In this document: positions 1 through 9,933 of the stretch, one piece after another
Numbering within the stretch: position 1 is the stretch's first letter
How the letters are laid out: each line of letters opens with the position of its first letter
Assembly (NCBI GenBank): GCA_965366625.1
Contig: CBDUGP010000003.1
Location: forward strand, 50,549 to 114,548
DNA length: 64,000 nt
Origin: an uncultured bacterium
Lineage (GTDB): Bacteria; Acidobacteriota; Thermoanaerobaculia; Multivoradales; J023
Direction of reading: 5' to 3'
Made by a program: the position numbers and the translations under genes
The notes under the pieces: generated by a model
Database searches by the model: none
What the model was told of the DNA's origin: nothing
Seen by the model: the letters and a program-made list of their open reading frames with translations, nothing else

Positions 1-11
1 AGCGCCAATTC

Positions 12-1178
12 GTGCGCGCCTTGAAAGCTGCCGGCGCGACGGTCACCGGTATCGGTGAGATTCCCACGGAATCGTTGCCGGACGAGATCAAGGGTTGGTT
101 GACCCACTACGAGCAAGTGCCGAGTGTGGTCCATAAGCCATCGATGATGGAAGCGGTCAAGAAAGTCCAATCTTTGGGTTGGGTCGATCGCCTCGAGGCC
201 ACCGTGGAGGCCCACATCATGGCTGCGGCTGAGGTCCGGGAGGCCCGAGGCATTCCCGGTACCAGCGTGAGGACGTCCCACCTATGTCGCGACAAACCCG
301 CGATGAAAGAAGCTCTGCGCGAGGCGGGCATCCCGTGCGCCCAAAGCCTGGGCACCGATTCGGCGGCCGATTGCCGCGAGTTTGTCGCCTCGGTCGGATA
401 TCCGGTGATCATCAAACCGAGAGACGGCGCCGGCGCCGCCGGAACCTACAAATGCAGCAACGACGAGGAGCTGGAAAACGCGATCGTCGAAAGCCGCTTA
501 GCCGATGGCGCCAATGTCGCCGTTGAGGAATTCATTGAAGGTCACGAGGGTTTCTTCGACACCATCTGTGTGGACGGAGAGATCATGCACCACTTCATCA
601 CCCACTACTATCCGGGTGTGCTCGAGGCCATGCGCACTCGTTGGATTTCGCCCCAATTTATTGCCACCAATCGCGTGGCAGCCGAGGGATACGACGAGGT
701 GAGGGAAATGGGCAAGAAGGTGATCGACGCCCTCGGCATCGGCACCTCGGCGACCCACATGGAGTGGTTCTACGGCCCAAAGGGCCTCAAATTCTCAGAG
801 ATCGGATGCCGCCCCCCGGGAGTAGGCGCTTGGGATCTGTATTGCGCGGGCAATGAGATGGACGTGTACAAGGAGTGGGCTATGGCCATCGTCCACGGTC
901 GCCCCTCTCAGCAGCCCAGCCGGCGCTATTCGGCCGGTTTGATCAATCTCAGACCCGACCGCGACGGCAGAATCACCGCCTACGACGGGATCGAGCTGCT
1001 CGACCAAATTTCTGAGAACATTATCGACCATCACCTGCCGCCTGTGGGGGCCTCGACCCAGCCCGTCGAGGCCGGTTATATGGCCAACGCCTGGATTCGT
1101 GTCCGGCATCCCGACTACGACGGTCTGCGTCATATCCTGAATACCATTGGCGAGAAAGTTAAGCTCCGAGCCCGGTGA
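12..1178 (+). CDS. ATP-grasp domain protein (possibly 5'-truncated by window edge; frame open to nt 3)
   Basis: 388-aa ORF with ATP-grasp-like Gly-rich and catalytic region (GYPVIIKPRDGAGAAG ... EEFIEGHEG ... SEIGCRPPG); no stop upstream of GTG at 12. Confidence 0.55.
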   Translation: MRALKAAGATVTGIGEIPTESLPDEIKGWLTHYEQVPSVVHKPSMMEAVKKVQSLGWVDRLEATVEAHIMAAAEVREARGIPGTSVRTSHLCRDKPAMKEALREAGIPCAQSLGTDSAADCREFVASVGYPVIIKPRDGAGAAGTYKCSNDEELENAIVESRLADGANVAVEEFIEGHEGFFDTICVDGEIMHHFITHYYPGVLEAMRTRWISPQFIATNRVAAEGYDEVREMGKKVIDALGIGTSATHMEWFYGPKGLKFSEIGCRPPGVGAWDLYCAGNEMDVYKEWAMAIVHGRPSQQPSRRYSAGLINLRPDRDGRITAYDGIELLDQISENIIDHHLPPVGASTQPVEAGYMANAWIRVRHPDYDGLRHILNTIGEKVKLRAR

Positions 1179-1188
1179 AATCGAGACC

Positions 1189-1851
1189 ATGGCGCTTTTT
1201 CTGACCTTCGAAGGGCTCGACGGCAGTGGCAAGTCAACCCATTTAATGCGCGCGGCCGAGTGGCTCCGCGCGCGAGGTGAGAGGGTTGAGACCACTCGGG
1301 AGCCGGGGGGCACCCCCTTAGGTGACGCCATTCGGGAGGTCTTTTTGGACCCCAAATGGGGTGAGATCGACGGCCGAGTAGAGGCCCTGATGGTTTTCGC
1401 CAGTCGGCGGCAGCACCTGCTCGAGCACATCGAGCCTACGCTCGCCGCCGGTGCCCACGTACTTTGTGATCGCTTCACGGATTCCTCGCTGGCCTACCAA
1501 GGCCACGGTCGCTCCCTGGGCTCCAGCTGGATCCATCGACTGGATCTGTTGGCGACCGAAGGCCGCCGGCCGGACAAGACGTTATTATTCGATTTGCCGC
1601 CGGAAATTGCCCAAGGACGTGGGCAGAAGAAGGATCGGAGCAAAGGGCCGCCGGATCGCATAGATGTGGAAGGCCTGGCGTTTTACACCCGGGTTAGAGA
1701 GGCCTTTTTGAAATTGGCCGAGGAAAATTCCGATCGTTTTGTGGTCGTCGACTCCGGTGGGGAAGCCGGCGCTACTTGGGCTCAAGTTGAGACCGTTTTG
1801 GAAGGTCTGTTTGAGAACGCGGATTCCACGGGTGCGGGAGCAAAGCTGTGA
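1189..1851 (+). CDS. tmk: thymidylate (dTMP) kinase
   Basis: P-loop FLTFEGLDGSGKSTH, DRF motif (LCDRFTDSSLAYQG); ATG at 1189 just after upstream stop; followed by holB as in the canonical tmk-holB pair. Confidence 0.85.
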   Translation: MALFLTFEGLDGSGKSTHLMRAAEWLRARGERVETTREPGGTPLGDAIREVFLDPKWGEIDGRVEALMVFASRRQHLLEHIEPTLAAGAHVLCDRFTDSSLAYQGHGRSLGSSWIHRLDLLATEGRRPDKTLLFDLPPEIAQGRGQKKDRSKGPPDRIDVEGLAFYTRVREAFLKLAEENSDRFVVVDSGGEAGATWAQVETVLEGLFENADSTGAGAKL

Positions 1852-2708
1852 CGGGGCTTGCCGAGCTAGTGGAAATCGCCCGTCGGGATCGGCTGTATCC
1901 CTCGACCATCCTTTACGGTGGTGAGGCTTCCGACCGTCGCCAAGCTGCGCTCACGGTGGCGAGGACGTTGTTGTGCGACAACGAGTCGGAGTTGAGAGGT
2001 TGCGACCCAGAAAGCCAGACGGCCTGTCGCCATTGTCGAAGGATCCTATGGCCGGAAAAAGGAGCCGATAGGTTTCACCCCGATTTGCACGTTCTGGAGC
2101 GGGACCTGCGAACCTCGACTTCTGTGGATGCCACGAAAGCTTTTGCGCGCTCGGCTATCTCCTCACCCTTCGAGGCCAGGGGGCAAGTCTTCGTCGTCGC
2201 TGAGGCCGAAACCCTCGGCGGAGGCGCGGCCGACGCGTTGCTCAAGCTCTTGGAGGAGCCGCCGGCGCGAACTCCACGCCACTTCCTATTGCTGACAGCT
2301 TCACGTTTAAGTTTGTTGACCACGTTACGGAGTCGAAGCCTGTCTGTTTTCTTGGGCGGCCACGGCCAACTGGAAGGCGAGGAGCTGGAGTCCGTGACCG
2401 CAGCGGTGGCCACCTCATTGGATGCATTCTTTTCCAGCAGATCGGCTCTATATCTCTTGACGACCGCGGAGGCATTGGCCGGAGCCAAGGGTTGGGAGGA
2501 TCCTCGAGCGCGACGGCCGTGGGCTACCGGAGCTTCGGCGCTGGTTGCTTACGCGCGACGAGAGGCCCTGGACGGCACGAAGAAAACGGCGCTGTTGAGG
2601 TTGGCCGAAGAGATGATGGATGCCCCGTCAATGCGCCGCCGGGGTATTGCCCATACGCGCATCTTGGAAGGACTGGTTTCTCGCCGGCTAGGAGCTTTGC
2701 CCCAATGA
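1848..2708 (+). CDS. holB: DNA polymerase III delta' subunit
   Basis: 286-aa ORF overlapping tmk stop; clamp-loader-like N-terminus with Cys cluster (C..C..CRHC) and AAA+ box remnants (VFVVAEAETL); classic tmk-holB synteny. Confidence 0.7.
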   Translation: MTGLAELVEIARRDRLYPSTILYGGEASDRRQAALTVARTLLCDNESELRGCDPESQTACRHCRRILWPEKGADRFHPDLHVLERDLRTSTSVDATKAFARSAISSPFEARGQVFVVAEAETLGGGAADALLKLLEEPPARTPRHFLLLTASRLSLLTTLRSRSLSVFLGGHGQLEGEELESVTAAVATSLDAFFSSRSALYLLTTAEALAGAKGWEDPRARRPWATGASALVAYARREALDGTKKTALLRLAEEMMDAPSMRRRGIAHTRILEGLVSRRLGALPQ

Positions 2709-3111
2709 ACCTGGGCTACGCCTGATGAACCTGGACTACGCCTAATAACCAGGGCTTTGCCGCTATGCTGACGTAGCAAATCACTAATTCAGTGGTTCTA
2801 CTTGAGAATTCTCGTAAGTTGAGGCAAAATCGCAGAAGCTTCCGCGACATGTTGATCATCCTTTGAAGCTTCCACTAGAGTCGCTGTCGCAGAAGGTTGC
2901 GCCCGAAACCTGGATAAGGGCACGGGCGCAGTGCCGGCTTGAGCTAGTAACGCCGAGCTGGAGATGCATTCGAAGTCTTGTTCGGCCACGAACATCGTGT
3001 CCGGCTTTTTCTATTTAGCCCGTGTTGTCAGTTGCCGGTTTCTTCGCAGCCAACGTGCGGGGCGCGAAGCTTCCTTATCCGGAAGCTGCCCAGGAGCTGC
3101 GATCACTGACA

Positions 3112-3756
3112 ATGGAGAGATCCATGCACGATCGGTCGGTCCCCCCTCAAACTGAAAATATTCGTCGAGCCTGTATGCTGGTCGCCAGCCTAACCATAGG
3201 AACCGTAATCTGGTTTCTGCTCGGAGATTCCGACAGCCTAGTGGCAGAGGAAACGCCTTCAAAACCGCCGCGCGCCGAGAGCGTGCTGGCGGAGGTGGGA
3301 GGTATTCCTGTGACCGAAGCCGAAGTTCGGAGTCTGGTTTCGGACGAGCTCGAATCGCTAGAAATCGAGCGTCGCCGGTTGTTGGAAGCTGCCCTCGAAG
3401 TCCGGGTTCGTGAGCTGATGGTCGAGGTGGCTGCAGCGGAGCGAGGCATTACACCTACCGAGCTGATCGCTTTGGAGGTTGACCAAAAGCTGGATCAAGT
3501 GGCCCAAACGGAGGTCGATGCCTTCATGGCTGCAGCCGGTCTGGCCGATACTCGAGAATTGGACCCCCTAATGGTCCGCCGTGGGATTCGAATGCAGAGC
3601 TTCATCCAAGAACTCGAGAGCCGCCCGGATGTTGAGCGACCATCCGCCGCCGCCCTCGCCGGCACCTCCTCCGAAGACAGCGTCTCAGAAGATGGTGTCT
3701 CCGAAGATGATGTCTCCGAAGATGGTGTCTCAGGAGATGACGTCTCAGAAGACTAG
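3112..3756 (+). CDS. hypothetical membrane-anchored protein with C-terminal acidic pentapeptide repeats (SEDxV)x5
   Basis: ORF frame 3022..3756; ATG at 3112 precedes a TM helix (CMLVASLTIGTVIWFLL); coiled/SurA-N-like middle; 3' end is a 15-nt tandem repeat encoding SEDSV-SEDGV-SEDDV-SEDGV-SGDDV-SED. Confidence 0.5.
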   Translation: MERSMHDRSVPPQTENIRRACMLVASLTIGTVIWFLLGDSDSLVAEETPSKPPRAESVLAEVGGIPVTEAEVRSLVSDELESLEIERRRLLEAALEVRVRELMVEVAAAERGITPTELIALEVDQKLDQVAQTEVDAFMAAAGLADTRELDPLMVRRGIRMQSFIQELESRPDVERPSAAALAGTSSEDSVSEDGVSEDDVSEDGVSGDDVSED

Positions 3757-3947
3757 GATTGCCGGTTATAGGCCGCGGACGGGAAAGTAGCCGAATAGGC
3801 GGAAGTCTCGCGCCAGCGAGAGCAGCGAATTTTTCGTCGAATCGAGGCGTGAAAACCGCAGGCGATTCGGGAATCGTCGAGGTTTTCCAACGAAGAGTCG
3901 GCGGAAAAGGCGTGCTCGCAGCGCGATGAGACTTCCGCCACAGCCTG

Positions 3948-4538
3948 CTAAATTTTAGACTTGAGTTCGGCGACCAGCTCGCCGACTCTAGCTTGCAGAT
4001 CTTCCAAAGAGCCGTCGTTCCAGAGGATTCGGTCCACCCCTCGCCTCCGCACCTCGCCGTCACCTTGGGCTTTAAGCCTGGAACGGGCGTCCGACTCGGA
4101 CATCCCCCGGCCCACGGCTCGTTTCAAGCGAATTTGCTCGTCCGCCTCCACCGACAAGGTGAGGTCGAATCCTCGGCTATGCCCCGATTCCACCAGCAAC
4201 GTTGCTTCGTAGACGATTACCCCGCTGAGGGTTTGGGCAATCTCGCGGAACCGCTGATGAACGAGGGGATGAATGGCCTTCTCGACCGCGCGGCGTTTGT
4301 CCGGGTTGGAAAAAATCGCTGCCGCCACTTTGGGTTTGTCGACCGCTCCCGAAGGGTCGAGTACCTCGGGGCCGAGCAGGCCCTTTAAGGCCTGGGCTCC
4401 CGAACCTCCCGGCGAGTAGAGGTCGGCAACCACCCGGTCGGCGTCGACCACATGGAAACCAGCCTCGCCGAGCATACGTACGACCGTAGACTTGCCGCCG
4501 GCCATTCCGCCGGTAATGCCCACCAGAAATCGGTTCAC
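3948..4538 (-). CDS. coaE: dephospho-CoA kinase
   Basis: P-loop GITGGMAGGKSTV, DADRVV motif, 196 aa typical CoaE size. Confidence 0.85.
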   Translation of the reverse strand: MNRFLVGITGGMAGGKSTVVRMLGEAGFHVVDADRVVADLYSPGGSGAQALKGLLGPEVLDPSGAVDKPKVAAAIFSNPDKRRAVEKAIHPLVHQRFREIAQTLSGVIVYEATLLVESGHSRGFDLTLSVEADEQIRLKRAVGRGMSESDARSRLKAQGDGEVRRRGVDRILWNDGSLEDLQARVGELVAELKSKI

Positions 4539-5494
4539 CGCGTTGTCTCGGGGTCACGGCCTTGTTTGCGCAGGGAAGCTCGCAAGGTGTTTGCGACCAC
4601 CATGGCGACCGTCAAAGGGCCGACTCCGCCCGGAACCGGGGTGATCGCCGACGCCTTTCCGAGCACCCGCTGGTAGTCTACGTCACCGGTCAAAATATAA
4701 CCCTTCTTGGCGAAGCGAGCCGCCCTCTTCTCGTTGCCGGGGTAAAGGCGTTGCACAGTTTCTGCGTCGTCGACTCGATTCATGCCGACATCGATCACGA
4801 CTGCTCCTTCAGAGACAAAATCGGCGTTTACCATGGCGGTCCGGCCCACGGCCGCGATCAAGATGTCAGCTCGACGACAGACGGCCGGCAGATCGTGGGT
4901 GCGTGAGTGGCAGATCGTGACGGTGCAGTTTTCCCGCAACAGCAGACCCGCCATGGGTTTGCCGACGATGTTGGAACGTCCGACGATCACCGCATGGCGA
5001 CCGGCCATGGGAACGTCACACCGGCGAAGCATCTCTACGATGCCCGAAGGGGTAGCCGGTGCCAGGCAATCTTCTCCGGTCCAAAGCCGTCCCACGTTGA
5101 CGGGGTGAAAACCGTCGGCGTCCTTTTCCGGTGCCACGAGCTCGAGAATCCGACGCTCGTCAATATGGGCCGGAAGTGGTAGCTGCACCAGGATTCCGTC
5201 TACTTCGGCGTCGAGATTAAGGCGGCTGATCTCCGACTCCAGTGATTCCTGAGTCACTTTCGCGTCTAACCTCAGGGTTTCGCCGGCCATGCCTACCTTC
5301 GCGCAAGTGCGGGCCTTGCTGCCCACATAGGCTGCCGAAGCGGGGTTGTCGCCCACCAGAACGGCCACAAGCTTGGGCTGCCGTCCGCCATCGGCGATCA
5401 GCTGCCGTACTTCTTTGGCCAGATCTTCGTGGATTTGGGAAGCGACGGACTTGCCGTCGAGAATAGTCGTGTCTTCTAGAGTGTCTACGGTCAC
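4535..5494 (-). CDS. folD: bifunctional methylenetetrahydrofolate dehydrogenase/cyclohydrolase
   Basis: FolD motifs (ILDGKSVA ... VGDNPASAAYV ... GRSNIVGKPMAGLL ... CHSRT ... PGGVGPLTVAML); ORF track start 5638 is over-extended; GTG at 5494 is preceded by GGAGG at 9 nt. Confidence 0.85.
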   Translation of the reverse strand: MTVDTLEDTTILDGKSVASQIHEDLAKEVRQLIADGGRQPKLVAVLVGDNPASAAYVGSKARTCAKVGMAGETLRLDAKVTQESLESEISRLNLDAEVDGILVQLPLPAHIDERRILELVAPEKDADGFHPVNVGRLWTGEDCLAPATPSGIVEMLRRCDVPMAGRHAVIVGRSNIVGKPMAGLLLRENCTVTICHSRTHDLPAVCRRADILIAAVGRTAMVNADFVSEGAVVIDVGMNRVDDAETVQRLYPGNEKRAARFAKKGYILTGDVDYQRVLGKASAITPVPGGVGPLTVAMVVANTLRASLRKQGRDPETTR

Positions 5495-5631
5495 GAAAAA
5501 AATTCCTCCGAGCGACGCTGCTCCTAGTGTATGCTCTGCCGGCCCCGAGCATATCCCGTGAGCGCCCATGCGTTCGATGGGAGATTCCCCCGGCACCAGA
5601 CAAGAAACTCCACGATCTAAGTACGGACCTC

Positions 5632-5660
5632 TTGACATCGCTGTTGGTGGTTCGTATTAT
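5632..5660 (+). promoter_or_regulatory. sigma70-type promoter for rplM-rpsI (TTGACA-N17-TATTAT)
   Basis: near-consensus -35/-10 with 17-nt spacer ~90 nt upstream of rplM ATG, in the divergent folD/rplM intergenic region. Confidence 0.55.
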
Positions 5661-5750
5661 CGGCCGCCCTTCGCAGCGCGAAGACTCGGTACTTTTGTGT
5701 TCGGCGATTCAAGCCAACCGCCTACAAGATCCCAGACGGAAACTCGGACG

Positions 5751-6197
5751 ATGAACAAGACTTATAGCCCGAAGATCGCCGATATTAATCGGCAGTGGTA
5801 TGTGGTTGACGCCACCGGATTGCGTCTGGGCCGACTTGCCTCGGTGGTCGCCAGCACTCTGCGCGGCAAGCACAAGACGATGTACACCCCACACGCAGAT
5901 ACCGGCGACTTCGTCGTCGTCGTCAACGCGGAGAAGGTGTTGCTTTCCGGTAACAAGGAAGATCAAAAGATCTATCGACGCCATACCGGACGCCCCGGAA
6001 GCATGACGGAGCAGACGGCCCGAGAGGTTCGCGCCAAGCATCCCCAGCGGCTGGTTGAGCTCGCGGTTAAGGGCATGTTGCCCAAGAATCGCCTCGGTCG
6101 TGCTCTGCATAGCAAGCTAAAGGTGTACGCCGGCCCAGATCACCCGCACCATTCGCAACAACCCCAGTCGTTGGATATGTCCCCGGCCCAGCTTTGA
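5751..6197 (+). CDS. rplM: 50S ribosomal protein L13
   Basis: [23 protein letters not shown]... typical L13 N-terminus; ATG 5751 (ORF track start 5568 over-extended). Confidence 0.9.
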   Translation: MNKTYSPKIADINRQWYVVDATGLRLGRLASVVASTLRGKHKTMYTPHADTGDFVVVVNAEKVLLSGNKEDQKIYRRHTGRPGSMTEQTAREVRAKHPQRLVELAVKGMLPKNRLGRALHSKLKVYAGPDHPHHSQQPQSLDMSPAQL

Positions 6198-6250
6198 GCC
6201 GATCGACTTCGGCGTGAGCCGGCGAGATTCAGCCCAGCGAGGAGAATGCT

Positions 6251-6643
6251 TTGAGCGAAGTTCAGTATTACGGCACAGGCCGCCGCAAGACCGCCACCGC
6301 GCGGGTCTACTTGCGTCCTGGGTCCGGAGAGGTCACCGTTAACAAACGGTCTTTAGACGACTTCTTCGCCAATGAAGTCCTAAAAATGATTGTCAAACAG
6401 CCTTTGGCTCTGACCGATACCGCCGAGCGATTCAATATCACGGTGACGGTCGTAGGTGGAGGCAACTCTGGTCAAGCCGGTGCCATTCGTCACGGGATTA
6501 CCCGCGCACTGATGGAATACAACGGTGAGCTTCGCCCCAAGCTCAAGGCAGCCGGCCTCGTCACTCGCGATCCTCGTCAGAAGGAACGCAAGAAATATGG
6601 CATGAAGGGCGCGCGTGCCCGTTACCAGTTCAGCAAACGGTAA
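6251..6643 (+). CDS. rpsI: 30S ribosomal protein S9
   Basis: TTG start with GGAG upstream; C-terminal [11 protein letters not shown] signature of S9. Confidence 0.9.
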   Translation: MSEVQYYGTGRRKTATARVYLRPGSGEVTVNKRSLDDFFANEVLKMIVKQPLALTDTAERFNITVTVVGGGNSGQAGAIRHGITRALMEYNGELRPKLKAAGLVTRDPRQKERKKYGMKGARARYQFSKR

Positions 6644-6656
6644 GGGAGATAGAGCC

Positions 6657-7493
6657 GTGGTTGAACTCAGGATGCGTGACCTGCTCGAAGCAGGTGTCCA
6701 CTTTGGTCATCAGACCCGTCGTTGGAATCCGAAGATGCGTCGGTATATCTTCGGTAAACGCAACGGGATCTACATTATCGATCTGCAAAAGACCTTGCGT
6801 CGCTTCCACGAAGCTGCAGATTTCGTCTTCCGCCTTGGGCGTGATGGTCGGCGCGTGCTTTTCGTAGGCACCAAACGCCAAGCCCAAGAAGCGATTACCC
6901 AAGAAGCCAGGCGTTGCGGCCAGTTTTACGTCACTCACCGTTGGTTGGGGGGTACCCTGACCAACTATGTGACCATCCGCAACTCCGTCGACCGCTTGAA
7001 AGAGATCGAAGGGAAAATGGACGATGAGTCCACTCCTTTGATCAAAAAAGAGCGACTGCGTCTCGATCGCGAGCGCACGAAGCTGGACCGCAATCTCTCG
7101 GGTATCCGGGATATGGGCGGTTTGCCGGACGCGATCTTCATTGTCGACCCGAAGCGGGAAGCCATCGCGGTGGCCGAAGCCAATAAGCTGGGCATTCCCG
7201 TGATCGCGATCGTGGACACCAACTGCGATCCGGAGTTGGTGGACTATGTGATTCCCGGCAACGACGATGCGATTCGCACGATTCGTCTATTCTCTCGCAA
7301 GATCGCCGATGCATATCTCGCCGGCGCAGGAAAGCTGCAGGAAGAACAGATGATCGCCGGCAAGGATGCTCCTGCCGCGAAGCCTGCTGAGGCTGCACCG
7401 GTAGCAGCTGCTCCTGCTGAGCCGAAAGCGACTCCGAAAGCCGAAGAAGCTCCGGCGGCAGCGGCAGACGAGGCCGTCGCAGCACCGGAATAA
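6657..7493 (+). CDS. rpsB: 30S ribosomal protein S2 (with Ala/Pro-rich C-terminal extension)
   Basis: [19 protein letters not shown] signature; GTG at 6657 preceded by GGGAG; only 13 nt after rpsI stop. Confidence 0.9.
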   Translation: MVELRMRDLLEAGVHFGHQTRRWNPKMRRYIFGKRNGIYIIDLQKTLRRFHEAADFVFRLGRDGRRVLFVGTKRQAQEAITQEARRCGQFYVTHRWLGGTLTNYVTIRNSVDRLKEIEGKMDDESTPLIKKERLRLDRERTKLDRNLSGIRDMGGLPDAIFIVDPKREAIAVAEANKLGIPVIAIVDTNCDPELVDYVIPGNDDAIRTIRLFSRKIADAYLAGAGKLQEEQMIAGKDAPAAKPAEAAPVAAAPAEPKATPKAEEAPAAAADEAVAAPE

Positions 7494-7789
7494 GCGCAGG
7501 GGAAGCTATCGAATCGATCGGCCATCGAGGCCGTTTGGGAAGAGGTCAGACCGGCTTAAGATACGGTCTGGCCTCTTTGCATGTATATAGATATAGAAAA
7601 ACCGAGAAATCCCGTGAGCACCCACGATGTGGATTCGGCAAACGCCGATAAACCTGCAGGTCTCCTTGTTCGCAGATCTTCGATGATCTCATCGAGCTTC
7701 GATCCGACAGGTCCAATACGTTGCCTGGGTGAAATACGAGATAGCTGGGACGAAATCCAAGACGAGAATTGCCCGAGAAGGAGATAAAA

Positions 7790-8443
7790 ATGCAAATCAC
7801 CGCTCAGATGGTGAAAGAGCTTCGTGAGCGCACCAGCGCCGGCATGATGGACTGTAAGAAAGTGCTGCAAGAGTCCGAAGGCGATATGGAGAAGGCCGTC
7901 GACTTGTTGCGCAAGAAAGGTCTTGCTGCGGCCGAGAAGAAAGCCGGGCGAGTGGCGGCCGAGGGTGCCGTTGGTTCTTATATCCACGGAAACGGCTCGA
8001 TCGGTGTGTTGGTCGAAGTCAATTGCGAGACCGACTTCGTTGCTCGCACCGAAGACTTCCAGGGCCTGGTCAAAGATATCGCCATGCACATTGCCGCCGC
8101 GGACCCCGCCTTTGTTCGACGGGAAGAAGTCACCGCTTCCATTCTTGAAAAGGAAGCGGAGATCTACGCCGAGCAGATGCGCGCCGAAGGCAAGCCCGAG
8201 AAGATCATTCCAAACATCGTCAAGGGCAAGATCGAGAAGTACTACTCCGAGGCCTGCTTGCTCGAGCAGCCTTTCATCAAAGATTCGGACAAAACCGTCC
8301 AGCAAATGATCACCGAGAAAGTTGCGAAGATCGGCGAGAACATCCAAGTGCGACGTTTCGCTCGTTTCAAGCTCGGCGAAGGAATCGAGAAGAAGCAGGA
8401 AGATTTCGCCGCCGAGGTGGCGGCGCAAGTGGCTGGTAAGTGA
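7790..8443 (+). CDS. tsf: elongation factor Ts
   Basis: [29 protein letters not shown]... UBA-like N-terminus of EF-Ts; ATG 7790 with GAAGGAGA RBS. Confidence 0.9.
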   Translation: MQITAQMVKELRERTSAGMMDCKKVLQESEGDMEKAVDLLRKKGLAAAEKKAGRVAAEGAVGSYIHGNGSIGVLVEVNCETDFVARTEDFQGLVKDIAMHIAAADPAFVRREEVTASILEKEAEIYAEQMRAEGKPEKIIPNIVKGKIEKYYSEACLLEQPFIKDSDKTVQQMITEKVAKIGENIQVRRFARFKLGEGIEKKQEDFAAEVAAQVAGK

Positions 8444-8451
8444 GCCGGCCC

Positions 8452-9171
8452 ATGAGCGGTGATCTCGCCTACCGTCGGGTCCTGCTGAAGCTCTCCGGTG
8501 AGGCCCTGATGGGCGATAAAGGCTTCGGCCTCGATGAGGTCGTGGTCAATCAGATCGCGGACGAGCTGAAAGAGGTCTACAAGCTAGGTGTGCAGCTGTC
8601 GGTAGTCATCGGTGGCGGCAATATCGTTAGAGGGTTGGCAGTAGCAAAGCAAGGTATGGATCGTGTAACCGGCGACCACATGGGAATGCTGGCGACGGTG
8701 ATTAATGCCTTGGCGCTACAGGATGCGCTTGAACGCCGTAATGTGGTGACTCGAGTGCAGACCGCGATCGAGATCAAGGAGGTGGCGGAGTCCTATATTC
8801 GCCGTCGAGCCGTCAGGCATCTCGAGCGTGGGCGGGTGGTGATTTTCGGAGCCGGAACAGGCAACCCGTTCTTCACCACCGATAGCGCCGCCGCTCTTCG
8901 GTCCAGCGAGGTGAAGGCCGAGATCCTGCTCAAGGCCACCAAAGTGACGGGAATCTACAGCGCGGATCCGATGAAGGATCCCGATGCGGAACTCTTGCCG
9001 GAGGTGACATATCAACAGGTGCTGGAGCAGAACTTGCAGTTCATGGATGCCGCAGCCATCAGCTTATGCCGCGAGAACAACATTCCGATCCAGCTCTTCG
9101 ACTTGGCTATCAAAGGCAATATTTTGAGAGTTTTGCACGGTGAAAAGGTCGGATCTCGAGTTCGCGGTTGA
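8452..9171 (+). CDS. pyrH: UMP kinase
   Basis: [10 protein letters not shown] ... [10 protein letters not shown] ... [12 protein letters not shown]; alternative GTG start at 8440 overlapping tsf stop. Confidence 0.88.
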   Translation: MSGDLAYRRVLLKLSGEALMGDKGFGLDEVVVNQIADELKEVYKLGVQLSVVIGGGNIVRGLAVAKQGMDRVTGDHMGMLATVINALALQDALERRNVVTRVQTAIEIKEVAESYIRRRAVRHLERGRVVIFGAGTGNPFFTTDSAAALRSSEVKAEILLKATKVTGIYSADPMKDPDAELLPEVTYQQVLEQNLQFMDAAAISLCRENNIPIQLFDLAIKGNILRVLHGEKVGSRVRG

Positions 9172-9358
9172 CTCACAGGATAGGTAGCAGCTCGGCTTTG
9201 CCGGCAAGGGAGGCGATGAGTAATGCTCGTCGCCTCTTTTCGCGTACAGGAGGCTGGGTCTACGTTGACAGTCAGAGCTTAGCGGGAGAGGATTCGCACA
9301 TCGACACGACCTACCCAGTCGAATTTCCCAGTCGAACGATTTGCTTCAAGGAGTTGTT

Positions 9359-9913
9359 ATGAAAGAGGTCTTCCGCGAAGTTGAGGATCAGATGAAAAAG
9401 GCGGTAGAGCATCTTCACCACGAGCTCAAGACTTTGCGCACGGGCCGCGCCTCGATCGCGATTTTGGATGGAGTTCAAGTCGAATACTACGGCACGCCGA
9501 CGCCGCTCAATCAGGTGGCGAATCTGTCGGTCGCCGATGCTCATCTGTTGACGGCACACCCGTGGGAACCGAGCATGATCGGCCCGATTGAAAAGGCCCT
9601 TCAAACCTCAGGTCTCGGCTTGAACCCCTCGAACGACGGCAAGGTTGTACGGATTCCGATCCCGATGCTGACCGAGGAAAGACGCAAGGAGATGGCGCGC
9701 AAAGCCCATGACATCGCCGAGAGCAGCCGAAACGGCGTTCGCCAGGCCCGTCGGGAGGGAAACGATCAGCTGAAGAAGCTGGAGAAGGATAAGAAGATCA
9801 GCCAGGACGACGAGCATCGGGGATTTGATGAAATCCAGAAGCTTCATGACCACTACATCGAGGAGATGAACAAGATTCTGGCCACTAAAGAGAAGGACAT
9901 CATGGAGGTCTAA
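9359..9913 (+). CDS. frr: ribosome recycling factor
   Basis: 185-aa ORF from ATG 9359 (RBS AAGGAG); RRF motifs (LRTGRASIAILDGVQVEYYG ... IPIPMLTEERRKEM). Confidence 0.9.
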   Translation: MKEVFREVEDQMKKAVEHLHHELKTLRTGRASIAILDGVQVEYYGTPTPLNQVANLSVADAHLLTAHPWEPSMIGPIEKALQTSGLGLNPSNDGKVVRIPIPMLTEERRKEMARKAHDIAESSRNGVRQARREGNDQLKKLEKDKKISQDDEHRGFDEIQKLHDHYIEEMNKILATKEKDIMEV

Positions 9914-9933
9914 AGACCTTTCCTGAGCATTCC

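Noticed and set aside
2709-3021. AT-rich 300-nt gap after holB examined for an SRP (4.5S), 6S or other small RNA
   Set aside because: No SRP helix-8 motif or other recognisable conserved RNA signature. Only short local hairpins. Retained only as a possible promoter/UTR region.
5495-5750. Over-extended N-termini from the ORF track for folD (to 5638) and rplM (from 5568)
   Set aside because: Homology begins at GTG 5494 (RBS GGAGG) for FolD and ATG 5751 for L13. The extensions would overlap each other in a divergent promoter region that contains a near-consensus TTGACA-N17-TATTAT promoter.
7494-7789. AT-rich 296-nt rpsB-tsf spacer examined for an internal promoter
   Set aside because: Only weak -35/-10 candidates (TTGCAT...; no properly spaced -10). 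Could be an attenuator/processing region, but nothing definite enough to annotate.
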